Shown here one piece after another: positions 30,279 through 38,706 of a stretch of DNA of 46,502 bases. Where the stretch lies: NCBI GenBank assembly GCA_964384925.1, contig CAYLNP010000003.1, forward strand, positions 1 through 46,502, given 5' to 3'. Position 1 is the stretch's first letter; every line of letters starts with the position of its first letter. The translations under genes were made by a program, and so were the position numbers. This stretch comes from an uncultured Woeseiaceae bacterium. GTDB taxonomy: Bacteria > Pseudomonadota > Gammaproteobacteria > Steroidobacterales > PWYM01. The notes below the pieces were generated by a model, which saw only the letters and a program-made list of their open reading frames with translations, did not search any database and was not told the DNA's origin.

Positions 30279-30611
30279 CTAATCGACGCGCTGGCGCTGG
30301 CGCTTCTCCCAGAGCTCCGAGGCGGAAAAACGCCCGGTGTCATAGGGGTCGAAGCCGTTCTCGCTGGGCTGTTCGAGAGAAATGCCGTCGATCTCGAAGT
30401 CGATTTCGCGGGCCTTCTCTGCGGCCTCTGCCGGCAAACGTGCCTCCGGCGCCTCGGCGCGCACCGCGCGCAGCACCGGCGTGGTCGCCGGCGCGGAGGG
30501 ATTGGTCCGCGAACGCGCTAGGACGTCGTTGACGTTGATGGTATTGGCAACCTGCGGGCCGCCGGGCGACTGATTGCGGCGGCCGAACAGAGCATTGAAA
30601 AAGCGCTTCAT
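30279..30611 (-). CDS. small hypothetical protein (110 aa, soluble)
   Basis: The minus-frame product has a normal mixed composition (MKRFFNALFGRRNQ...FDPYDTGRFSASELWEKRQRQRVD). The overlapping plus-strand ORFs are Arg/Ala/Gly/Pro shadow frames. No family recognised and the RBS is weak. Confidence 0.5.
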   Translation of the reverse strand: MKRFFNALFGRRNQSPGGPQVANTINVNDVLARSRTNPSAPATTPVLRAVRAEAPEARLPAEAAEKAREIDFEIDGISLEQPSENGFDPYDTGRFSASELWEKRQRQRVD

Positions 30612-30752
30612 TCCCTAAATATCCCGGGTTGCCATCTCGTTAACTGTCCAGTCATTGTCAGTTCGCACGGGCGGGCACGCCAGCAAAATATAACATAAGA
30701 CTGTCAAAGCTTATGACAATAGGATGATTTTAATGGGAATTTGTGGCTCAGT

Positions 30753-31085
30753 TCACGTTTCTTCAGTATCAGCGCGAGCAGCAGTACGACGGGTGCGCAG
30801 AAACCATACCCCCAGCCGCAGCAGCAGCACCATGCCGAGCGGCGAAAGCACCAGCAGCCAGGCCGCGGTGTCACGTTGACCCAGAGCTTCGAAGAGCGCC
30901 TCGAAGAAGCTGCCCAGGCTTCCTGTGCCACCTTCGTAGGCGCCGAACAGCAGGCCGCCAAGTTGAAAGACAGCCAATGGTAGAACCAGCACGCCGAGCA
31001 CCAGAAGCACCAGTGCGGTGAGCAGTTCTCGCACCACGCGCCGCTGAGTACCGCTGGTTTGATCCTCTGTTGCCTGCGTAACCAC
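30753..31085 (-). CDS. small hypothetical membrane protein
   Basis: Two hydrophobic segments (LLTALVLLVLGVLVLPLAVF, AAWLLVLSPLGMVLLLRLGVWFL). Start proposed at GTG 31085, preceded by GAGG 5 nt upstream. The ORF-track start at 31241 would overlap the divergent AI-2E gene. Confidence 0.4.
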   Translation of the reverse strand: MVTQATEDQTSGTQRRVVRELLTALVLLVLGVLVLPLAVFQLGGLLFGAYEGGTGSLGSFFEALFEALGQRDTAAWLLVLSPLGMVLLLRLGVWFLRTRRTAARADTEET

Positions 31086-31224
31086 CTGCACCTCTGTTGC
31101 GTCCGGTTCTCTGCTGCAGCGCTGATATTGCGTACGAGTATCCGAAAAGGGTCGGCAGTATGCCACGCCTTGCCGCGTGCGACGAAGGCTTGCTGCTGCG
31201 CTCAAGGTAGGCAAGACTGCCGCG

Positions 31225-32316
31225 ATGGAAACCATCCGCAACTGGTTGCAGCGCTATCTCGGTGATCCGCAGGTCGTGGGCATGCTGCTGGTGCTGGTGG
31301 CACTCACGCTGATCGTATTCCTGCTCGGGCGGCAGCTTGCCCCGGTGTTCGCATCGATCATCATCGCCTACCTGCTCGGTGGGGTCGTCCGGCGGCTGCG
31401 GTGGTACGGCATGCCTCACCTGCCGGCGGTGATCCTGGTGTTCGTGGCGTTCATGGCCGTACTGCTGCTGACGATGTTCTGGCTGGTTCCGCTGTTCATC
31501 CGTCAGCTTACCCAGTTGGTCCAGCAGCTTCCGGCCATCCTGAGTGACGCCCAGGGCCTGCTGCTCAGACTCCCCGAGCAGTTTCCCGGTGTCATCCGGG
31601 AACAGCAGGTCACACAGCTCGTCTCATCGCTGGGCACCGAGCTGGTGAGCAGCGGTCAGCGCCTGCTCGCCTATTCAGTCAGTTCCGTGTTTCTTGCCAT
31701 TACCGTGATCGTCTACCTGATTCTCGTGCCGCTGATGGTGTTCTTCATGGTGCGCGATCAGCAGCGCATTCTTGACTGGCTGGCGGGTTTTCTGCCACGT
31801 GATCGCCAGCTCACCGACATCGTCCTGGCGGAGATCAACATTCAGATCGGCAATTACGTCCGCGGCAAAGTGTGGGAGATCCTCATTGTAGGCAGCGTGA
31901 CGTATGCGACGTTCACGCTGCTGGGTGTGCAATACGCGCTGCTTCTCGCGGTGGCAACCGGTCTGTCGGTGCTGATTCCCTTTGTCGGCGTCGCTGTGGT
32001 GACCCTGCCGGTCACCGTGGTCGCATACTTCCAGTTCGGTATCTCCGCAGAGTTCTACTATGTCCTGATCGCCTATGGCGTGATTCAGCTGCTCGATGGC
32101 AACCTGCTGTCGCCGCTGTTGTTCAGCGAGGTGGTGAACCTCCACCCGATCGCCATCATTGTGGCGATTCTGGTGTTCGGCGGATTGTGGGGGTTCTGGG
32201 GTGTATTCTTCGCTATCCCGCTGGCCACCGTCGTCAATGCGATATTGCGAGCGTGGCCCAGGCCGGAGCTGCTGGCTGTGAAAACCGGGCACACCACGCT
32301 GCGAGGGGGCGATTGA
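31225..32316 (+). CDS. AI-2E family transporter (PerM/YhhT-like permease)
   Basis: METIRNWLQRYLGDPQVVGMLLVLVALTLIVFLLG... has about 8 TM segments. The C-terminal region (LLDGNLLSPLLFSEVVNLHPIAIIVAILVFGGLWGFWGVFFAIPLA) is typical of the family. Confidence 0.85.
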   Translation: METIRNWLQRYLGDPQVVGMLLVLVALTLIVFLLGRQLAPVFASIIIAYLLGGVVRRLRWYGMPHLPAVILVFVAFMAVLLLTMFWLVPLFIRQLTQLVQQLPAILSDAQGLLLRLPEQFPGVIREQQVTQLVSSLGTELVSSGQRLLAYSVSSVFLAITVIVYLILVPLMVFFMVRDQQRILDWLAGFLPRDRQLTDIVLAEINIQIGNYVRGKVWEILIVGSVTYATFTLLGVQYALLLAVATGLSVLIPFVGVAVVTLPVTVVAYFQFGISAEFYYVLIAYGVIQLLDGNLLSPLLFSEVVNLHPIAIIVAILVFGGLWGFWGVFFAIPLATVVNAILRAWPRPELLAVKTGHTTLRGGD

Positions 32317-33359
32317 ACCGCCGTGACGCAGCGGCTGTGATCAACCGACGGCAGCTTCTGGCGGCCTCTGCGGTGCTGGGTGCCGGCGCTGCAGGTACCG
32401 TGGCACTGGCGGCGGCGCCGCCAGTTTGCAACGCCGGGTCATCGTCCGCAGCCGCGGACTATCCGAAGTGCGACCTCGTGCGCGACACCGTGAGCGTCGC
32501 TGTCGCGCAGACACGCATCGCAGAAGTTGCTCCCCGCAGCGCTCATGCCGACCGCCTTGCCAACGTGGCCCGCATGTGTGAATGGATCGATCGCAGTTTT
32601 GCTGCGGGCCGTCGTGCCGATCTGCTGGTGTTCCACGCATGGGCACTGATCCCCCCTGCCGCCGGATTGCCTTACCGCGAGCTGCTCGGCATGGCGGTGG
32701 AACTGCCCGGCGAGGAATGCGAGCGCCTGTCCGCAAAGGCGCGGGAGTATGGGTGCCATATTGCATTTTCGGTCTGGCAGCGCGACGTCGAGTGGCCGGG
32801 CGCGGTGATCGCGGTCAACGTCCTGCTGGATGAAAAGGGCGCACGCATCGCTACTCACTGGCAGGCCTGTCATGAACGCACAGCCGGTGGCGAGAGGCTC
32901 GACCCGGGGTTGACATGCGTCGAGGATGTGCTCGACGCCTACCTGGAGCGCTATGGTGAAGCGGCCGTGTTGCCTGTGGTCCGCACGCGAGTAGGAAATC
33001 TGGCCCTGCATTCGGTCGCAGGCGAGCCGGAGCTGGTGCGTGCGCTGGCGGCGAAGGGCTGCGAACTCCTCGTTCGCAGTGCGCCAGGCGGCTATGCCCA
33101 CACCGATATGGCGGCAGGGTCGCTCTACAACGGCGTCTACACCGCAGTGGCCGGTCGCGCCTGGCCCTGGGGGGTGGCACCGAGGCACGCCCCGGCGTCG
33201 GACTGGCGCTGCCTGATGATCGGTCCGCGCGGCGAGACTCTCAATCAGGCAGACTGCGGGTCGGAGCAGGTGCTGATCACGCGCGTTCCCATGGGCGCAT
33301 ACCGTCAACGCCACGCCGTCGCGCAGCCGGCGTTGCGACGGCTCCACCCGACGGCCTAG
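32313..33359 (+). CDS. Tat-signal carbon-nitrogen hydrolase (nitrilase-superfamily) fold protein, catalytic triad apparently absent
   Basis: Twin-arginine signal (INRRQLLAASAVLGAGAAG). The overall strand and motif order is CN-hydrolase-like (VSVAVAQTRI..., ADLLVFHAW, NVLLDEKGARIATHWQ, TRVGNLALHSVAGEPELVRALAAKGCELLV, LMIGPRGETL...VLITRVPM). Start is TTG 32313, with GAGG 6 nt upstream and overlapping the AI-2E stop as TTGA. GTG 32337 is an alternative. Confidence 0.6.
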   Translation: MNRRDAAAVINRRQLLAASAVLGAGAAGTVALAAAPPVCNAGSSSAAADYPKCDLVRDTVSVAVAQTRIAEVAPRSAHADRLANVARMCEWIDRSFAAGRRADLLVFHAWALIPPAAGLPYRELLGMAVELPGEECERLSAKAREYGCHIAFSVWQRDVEWPGAVIAVNVLLDEKGARIATHWQACHERTAGGERLDPGLTCVEDVLDAYLERYGEAAVLPVVRTRVGNLALHSVAGEPELVRALAAKGCELLVRSAPGGYAHTDMAAGSLYNGVYTAVAGRAWPWGVAPRHAPASDWRCLMIGPRGETLNQADCGSEQVLITRVPMGAYRQRHAVAQPALRRLHPTA

Positions 33360-34681
33360 AGCGTTCGGCCCCTCGGGTCTTCACAGGGGGCCTCCTCGTA
33401 GCGCATGCTGGTTCGCCCGAGAACGATCTCGTCACCGTCACGCAGCTGGTGGCGTCGCACCAGTTCGCCGTTGACCAGAATGCCGTTGCGGCTGCCCAGG
33501 TCCTCCAGTGCGCAGCCGGCGGCGCTGCAGTTGAGCACCGCATGCTGCCGACTGATGTACTGCGTGCTGAGCTGGATGTCGTTGGACGGTGTGCGCCCGA
33601 TGGTGGTGACGCCTGCGCCGAGGGGATAGCGCATGCGCGTGCGCCCCATGATCACGACGAGGCTGCGGCGAGCCAACGGCACCGCGCTGTCGGAGGGCCG
33701 ATCGTCGTGCGGTTCCGGCGGCCGCGGGCCTTCGCGCAGTCGCTGAATCTGCGCATCGGCGGCCTGCAGCCGACCGCGGTACACCACGTCCTGGCGCTCA
33801 CGTTGCGCAAGTTCGCGGGTCAGCTCATCGAGGCGTTCCTGCTGTTCGGCCAGGCGTTGCTGCATCGCTCGCCACTTTGCGCCCCTGGCGGTGATGTACG
33901 CGCGCAGGTCCTGAAGGTTTTCGGCCATCCCCTGTTCGCCGGTGGCGGACTCTGCTGCTTCGCGAGCGCGCTGTTCGTCCAGTGCTTCGCGGGTCTCGGT
34001 GAGTTGCGCGCGCAGCGCCTGAATCTCGTCCAGCCCGTCTTGCGCTTGCTGGCTGAGTCGCTCCGCCTCGGCGATCGACGCGTCGCGTTCGCGGCCAAGC
34101 GCGGTCAGGGTCTGCGTCAGCTGGTCGCTGCGGGTGCGATGGCCCTCGAGTTCCGTGCGCAGCTGCGCGTGCTCGTCGCGCTGCCGCTGAAGCGCGAGTT
34201 CCGCCCGGCTCGTCGCGTGGCGCTCGTCACGCAGCTCGATGCGCAGCGCGGCGATGGTCATCTCGCGATCGGCCAGGGTCTCCAGCGCCTCCTCGAGTGC
34301 ACTGGTGGTTTCGGTCAGCGTGGCCTGCAATTGCGCCACAGCCCCACTGTCCAGGCTGCGCAGCGCGCTGACCTGGTCGGGATGAAAGACCGTCGTCTGC
34401 TCGAACGGATCCGGGCCATCGCCTGCAGGTGACGCAGGGACGGACGTGGCTGCGGCATCCGCGGGTGGCACCGCGCTGTGGATCTGCTCTACATCACTGA
34501 GCCAGAACAGGTGCGTGCCCGTGTCTTCGACTTCGCTGCTGGTCTGTTCTGACAGCGCCGGCAGGCGATCGGTCGCGTCCAGGTCCTTCGCATCGGCGGG
34601 CTTTCCGGAAGCGGGCATGGTCAATCCGAGCGCAACATCAGCATGGCCTGTGATGATAAGGACTTGTGTCGCGGGCTGCAT
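33356..34681 (-). CDS. coiled-coil protein with C-terminal FHA domain
   Basis: The C-terminus has FHA signatures (TIGRTPSNDIQLSTQYISRQHAVLNCSAAGCALEDLGSRNGILVNGELV...GDEIVLG). It is preceded by about 230 aa of heptad-rich Glu/Arg/Leu/Gln sequence and an acidic Ser/Thr-rich N-terminal region. Start is uncertain (ATG 34681 or ATG 34618). Confidence 0.8.
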   Translation of the reverse strand: MQPATQVLIITGHADVALGLTMPASGKPADAKDLDATDRLPALSEQTSSEVEDTGTHLFWLSDVEQIHSAVPPADAAATSVPASPAGDGPDPFEQTTVFHPDQVSALRSLDSGAVAQLQATLTETTSALEEALETLADREMTIAALRIELRDERHATSRAELALQRQRDEHAQLRTELEGHRTRSDQLTQTLTALGRERDASIAEAERLSQQAQDGLDEIQALRAQLTETREALDEQRAREAAESATGEQGMAENLQDLRAYITARGAKWRAMQQRLAEQQERLDELTRELAQRERQDVVYRGRLQAADAQIQRLREGPRPPEPHDDRPSDSAVPLARRSLVVIMGRTRMRYPLGAGVTTIGRTPSNDIQLSTQYISRQHAVLNCSAAGCALEDLGSRNGILVNGELVRRHQLRDGDEIVLGRTSMRYEEAPCEDPRGRTL

Positions 34682-34696
34682 CCAAGCCGGTCACAG

Positions 34697-36187
34697 TCAG
34701 TCGGCCGGTACCGTACGTTCCCGGGCCCAGGCGCGAAGTGCCGCGATGCGCTCGCCCATGACCACCGAGAGCGGTCGTGTACGGCGCATCTCGGCGAGAA
34801 TGTGACCGGGTCCCAGCGCCTGCTGCAGCGCATTGGCTGCATACAGCGCGGAGACCACGGCCTGCTCGAGTTCGGCGCCGGAGAACCCCTCGCAGGCAGC
34901 GGCCAGCCTGGCGGTGTCAAAGCGATCGGGCTCCATGCCGCGTCGGCGCAGATGGATGTCGAGGATGTCGCGGCGCACTGCGGCGCCGGGCAGATCGACA
35001 AAGAACAACTCGTCGAACCGTCCCTTGCGGACGAGTTCCGGGGGCAGGGCGCTGATGTCGTTTGCAGTGGCCACGATCATCACGGCAGATCTACGCTCCG
35101 CCAGCCAGGTCAGGAAACTGCCGAGGATGCGTTGCGAGGTGCCGCTCGAATCCCCCGATCCGGTGGCCAGGCCCTTTTCGATCTCGTCGATCCACAGGAC
35201 GCAGGGCGCCATGAGCTCGGCCATGCGCAGGGACTCGCGCAGCCGACGTTCGGATTCACCGTGATACTTGTCATAGATTGCGCCGAAGTCCAGTGCGAGC
35301 AGCGGCGCACCGAGCATGCCGGCCGTGGCCTTCGCGGCCAGGCTCTTGCCGCAGCCCTGGACGCCGACAAGCAGCACGCCACGCGGCGGCTCAAGACCGC
35401 GCGCACCCGCCTCACCCAGAAAAGCCGCACGACGTTGTTCAAGCCAGGTCCTGAACCTTGCAAGGCCGCCCACATCGGCAAAGCGCGCGGTGTCGTATTC
35501 GTAGCTCAGCACGCCGTCGCGGTTGAGCAACTGGTACTTCGCCTGCATCACCTGGGGCAGGTCCGACGCCGCGATTGCGCCATCCACGGTGATGGCATTG
35601 CGAGCGAGCCGTTCGGTGTCGGCAGTACTCAATCCCGAGAGGTTGCGCACCAGCAGATCGAATGCGTGCGGATCGATGTCCACGGGTCTGCCGGTTTCAT
35701 GGGCCCAGTCCTCGGCGATGCGCTGCACGATGCGTGCCCGCTCGGCCTCGCCGGGCAGGCTGAGCTCGAAACGAACGCTGAGGCGTTCGAGTTCCGGCGG
35801 CAGTTTCACGGCGTGACTGACCAGCAGCAGGGTCTGACGCCGGCGCCTTGCGGCCAGCGCGATGTCCTTTAGCAGCCTCACGTGTAGCGGTTCGTTCAGG
35901 TAGGGATGGAAGTCCAGCAGCGCATACACGCCGGGTTTGTCGACGGCGCGGATATGGCGCAGCGCGTCGCGAGGGTCGGCCGTCGTGGTCTGGGCATCCA
36001 GCGCCAGGTCGAGTCGCTGCAGCCCCTCGGTCACCGCCCAGCGGAACAGCGGACGATAGTCGTCGCGCGCAACGCCGGTACAGATCTGCCTGAGCATCTC
36101 CAGGAAGCCGGGCTCATCGTGAGTCTCCACGACGACGATCGGCGTGCCGTCGCGCAGCACCAAGGCCAGGTCATTGCGATCGGGCAT
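34697..36187 (-). CDS. AAA+ ATPase, Ycf46-like
   Basis: Walker A GVQGCGKSLAAK, Walker B VLWIDEIEK, second region of homology/Arg finger ATANDISALPPELVRKGRFDE. N-terminal domain PIVVVETHDEPGFLEMLRQI...LFRWAVTEGLQRL resembles Ycf46-type ATPases. AGGA lies 8 nt upstream of ATG 36187. The ORF-track start at 36301 adds an Ala/Arg-rich extension. Confidence 0.85.
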   Translation of the reverse strand: MPDRNDLALVLRDGTPIVVVETHDEPGFLEMLRQICTGVARDDYRPLFRWAVTEGLQRLDLALDAQTTTADPRDALRHIRAVDKPGVYALLDFHPYLNEPLHVRLLKDIALAARRRRQTLLLVSHAVKLPPELERLSVRFELSLPGEAERARIVQRIAEDWAHETGRPVDIDPHAFDLLVRNLSGLSTADTERLARNAITVDGAIAASDLPQVMQAKYQLLNRDGVLSYEYDTARFADVGGLARFRTWLEQRRAAFLGEAGARGLEPPRGVLLVGVQGCGKSLAAKATAGMLGAPLLALDFGAIYDKYHGESERRLRESLRMAELMAPCVLWIDEIEKGLATGSGDSSGTSQRILGSFLTWLAERRSAVMIVATANDISALPPELVRKGRFDELFFVDLPGAAVRRDILDIHLRRRGMEPDRFDTARLAAACEGFSGAELEQAVVSALYAANALQQALGPGHILAEMRRTRPLSVVMGERIAALRAWARERTVPAD

Positions 36188-36318
36188 CTGCGTATCCTGT
36201 GCGTGTGGGACCCTGTCAGCCCCGTCGGCAATTTTAGTGCGACCCGGTGCGCGCGCCGTGTCGGAGGTCTCAGTCGCGCCCGCCCGCGCTGCCCGGGCCA
36301 CTGACGCCGATGGGGCGC

Positions 36319-37182
36319 TCAGAGGCGTTCAGGCCTGGCGGGTGCGAGTTCCGACGCGGTTACCGGCATGTCGATGACCGTGGTTCCGGAAAAACCGTAG
36401 CTGGCCAGCGCCGGGCCAAGCGCCTGGATGTCGGGACGCTCGCCGGTGAAGATTGCCAGGTCAGGCAGGGCGCGTCCGGGAGACGCGCCCGCCGCTGCGC
36501 TGCCCGCAATCTGGGTCAGCAGATCGCGGGCCCGTCGGGCAATCGCTGCGGATGAATCGATCCACGCCACCGGAGTCTTCCAGGCCCGCGCGAGTTCGTC
36601 GCGCAGCAGCGGGAAATGCGTGCAGCCCAGCACGATAGTATCGACGCGCGCGGCCTGTGGCTGAGCCTTCAGCGGCGCGAGTATTTCCTCGAGGCTTGCG
36701 ATCTCGACTGGTGTGCCCCGCAGCTTGCCTTCCGCCAGGTCGACAAGTTCACTGCTGCCCAGTCGCAGGACCTCGCAGTGACTTGCGAACTGCGCTATCA
36801 GGTCGAGGGTATAGGGCCTGACCACCGTGGCCGGCGTGGCCACCAGCGCAATGCAGTGACTGCGGCTGTGCGCCGCGGCGGGCTTGATCGCCGGCACGAC
36901 ACCGATGACCGGTGTCGCAAATTCGCTGCGCAGCCGCGGCAGCGCGACAGTGCTGGCCGTGTTGCAGCCGATGACGGCAAGGTCCGGGGCGAAGCGCTCG
37001 TGCAGTGTTGCCATCACCGCAGTGACACGCTCGATGACCACTTCGGCACTGCGGGTACCGTAGGGATAGGCGGCGTTGTCGGAGGCGTACAGGATACGCA
37101 CATTCCCCAGTGACGCCCGCAGGGCCGGCAGCAGGCTCAGTGCGCCGACGCCTGAATCGAATACGAGGACTGTGCTGGCCAT
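36319..37182 (-). CDS. murI: glutamate racemase
   Basis: VFDSGVGALS, DNAAYPYG, and catalytic Cys motifs IGCNTAS and LGCTHFP. Confidence 0.92.
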   Translation of the reverse strand: MASTVLVFDSGVGALSLLPALRASLGNVRILYASDNAAYPYGTRSAEVVIERVTAVMATLHERFAPDLAVIGCNTASTVALPRLRSEFATPVIGVVPAIKPAAAHSRSHCIALVATPATVVRPYTLDLIAQFASHCEVLRLGSSELVDLAEGKLRGTPVEIASLEEILAPLKAQPQAARVDTIVLGCTHFPLLRDELARAWKTPVAWIDSSAAIARRARDLLTQIAGSAAAGASPGRALPDLAIFTGERPDIQALGPALASYGFSGTTVIDMPVTASELAPARPERL

Positions 37183-37247
37183 GCGCGCGCTACCTCACAC
37201 GTCGGTTGACGTGGCGGCGGCATGATGCCGCATGCGCCGGGTGCTGA

Positions 37248-37946
37248 CTAGCCGATCGGCGCGTCGCCGACCACCAGGAATTCGTGCAGCTGATCGGCCA
37301 TGCCGCGGCAGGCATTGGCTTGCGTGCGCGCAATGAACGGGATCGGGATGACCACCGCCGGCACCACGGAGCGCCCGGTGTAGTCGGTGCTGATCACACC
37401 GGCCTGATCGAAGGTCTTCAGGTCCCAGATCGCCGCCTCGTAGTTCGAATCAGTCTCCCACCAGCCCAGCCCGAAACAGCCTCCGCCGGCCGGAGAAATA
37501 GCGCACGCGAGACTGCCGCCACCATCGACGCGGTCGGTCATGCCGTCCATCCAGACCACGTAGCGCACGCCTGTGAGCGTCAGTTGCTCGGCCACGCCGG
37601 GCCGGGCCAGCAGCGCGGGGAGTTCCTCCGCGCTCAGCGGTGCGGTGGCCGGCTCGAACCAGGGATACAGTCCATTGATGAAATCTTCCCGTGATGCCAT
37701 CTCCAGACCGCGGCCGCCGCGTTGCAGCGCGTTGCCGACACACTGCATGAAATCGTTTTCGGCTTCGTGACTGTTGTGATGCTGTCGCGCCAGGATCACG
37801 ATGCGCTCGCCGCGCTCTATGCCGGTTGCCGAGTGGCGGACCTGCTCGATCTGCGCGGTGACACAGCCGGTACCCAGAAGGGCAGCCGCCACGACGGCGA
37901 TCATTGTGAGCAGCACGCGCAGTTCACGCAGCCTCGGCCCCGTCAC
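37248..37946 (-). CDS. hypothetical lipoprotein B (no recognisable domain)
   Basis: (V)TGPRLRELRVLLTMIAVVAAALLGTGC has a lipobox after a basic n-region. GTG 37946 is 8 nt downstream of the preceding gene's stop. The ORF-track start at 38420 overlaps the upstream gene with Ser/Pro/Cys-rich shadow sequence. Confidence 0.6.
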   Translation of the reverse strand: MTGPRLRELRVLLTMIAVVAAALLGTGCVTAQIEQVRHSATGIERGERIVILARQHHNSHEAENDFMQCVGNALQRGGRGLEMASREDFINGLYPWFEPATAPLSAEELPALLARPGVAEQLTLTGVRYVVWMDGMTDRVDGGGSLACAISPAGGGCFGLGWWETDSNYEAAIWDLKTFDQAGVISTDYTGRSVVPAVVIPIPFIARTQANACRGMADQLHEFLVVGDAPIG

Positions 37947-37953
37947 TGAGCCT

Positions 37954-38634
37954 TCAGCCGCCTGCGTTGACAATGGTCTTGGCATTGGACTTCTCCTGCA
38001 GCCAGTCACGTACGTCCGGCTGAGAGGCGAATCGGATGGATACGGTGGCGCCAGCCTCGCGCATTGCCCTGACGGTAGCGTCGTGCAGGGAGGCGCGCGG
38101 CATCGAACCCGACGCCGCGCTCTTGCCGTAACCGGTGACCGGCCACTCGGCAATGGGCGTACCGTCGGGGGTATACACGAACAGGCGGTACTGCATCCAC
38201 ACTTCGACGAACTTGATATCGCGATTGCGCGGAATGTCGAACTCGAAGCGCTCGAGTTGCGGGGTAATGATAAGGTCGAGGTTGGCAGCCTGGTTGTCGG
38301 TGGGCACCTGATCCAGCACGGTGACCTGTTCGAACAGTGCGCGGAACACAGGATCGAACAACTCCACGCTGGCGGCGCCGAGCTCGAAATGCCACTGGGA
38401 GTGCTGGGGGATGGTTTCACTGTGCGTGAAGCCGCGCAGCTCTTCGGGGAAAAATACCCCCGCCTTCAGTGGGAGAGCCTCGACCAGCGGCGCGGGAAAG
38501 CTCGATTCCACGGCCACCAGTCCGGTACTGGAACAGCCCGCTGACACCATCATCGCGAGCAGCAGCGCGGCGACGCCGCGTCGCCCGTTCGGGGAGCGGT
38601 CGGGTTCACCGTGCTGGCACGCCGACTGCGTCAC
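37954..38634 (-). CDS. hypothetical lipoprotein A (no recognisable domain)
   Basis: (V)TQSACQHGEPDRSPNGRRGVAALLLAMMVSAGC has a lipobox. GGAGA lies 6 nt upstream of GTG 38634; the ORF track uses TTG 38682. Confidence 0.6.
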   Translation of the reverse strand: MTQSACQHGEPDRSPNGRRGVAALLLAMMVSAGCSSTGLVAVESSFPAPLVEALPLKAGVFFPEELRGFTHSETIPQHSQWHFELGAASVELFDPVFRALFEQVTVLDQVPTDNQAANLDLIITPQLERFEFDIPRNRDIKFVEVWMQYRLFVYTPDGTPIAEWPVTGYGKSAASGSMPRASLHDATVRAMREAGATVSIRFASQPDVRDWLQEKSNAKTIVNAGG

Positions 38635-38706
38635 TTGTGGTCTCCGGAGTTCCTGCGAAAGGACTTCCGCGGTGTCTGGCAAAAGGTCCTAACGACCCCT
38701 GAAGTC

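Noticed and set aside
30650-30720. LexA/SOS box in the AT-rich island (CTGT-N8-ACAG type).
   Set aside because: CTGT is present, but no correctly spaced ACAG partner exists. The symmetric elements found have different spacing, so a LexA assignment is not justified.
37183-37247. Two small hairpins (GCGGC-aucau-GCCGC and CACGUC-aacc-GACGUG on the minus strand) between lipoprotein B and murI, considered as a terminator.
   Set aside because: Neither is followed by a U-tract and the stems are short. This is not enough to call a terminator or to separate the transcription units.
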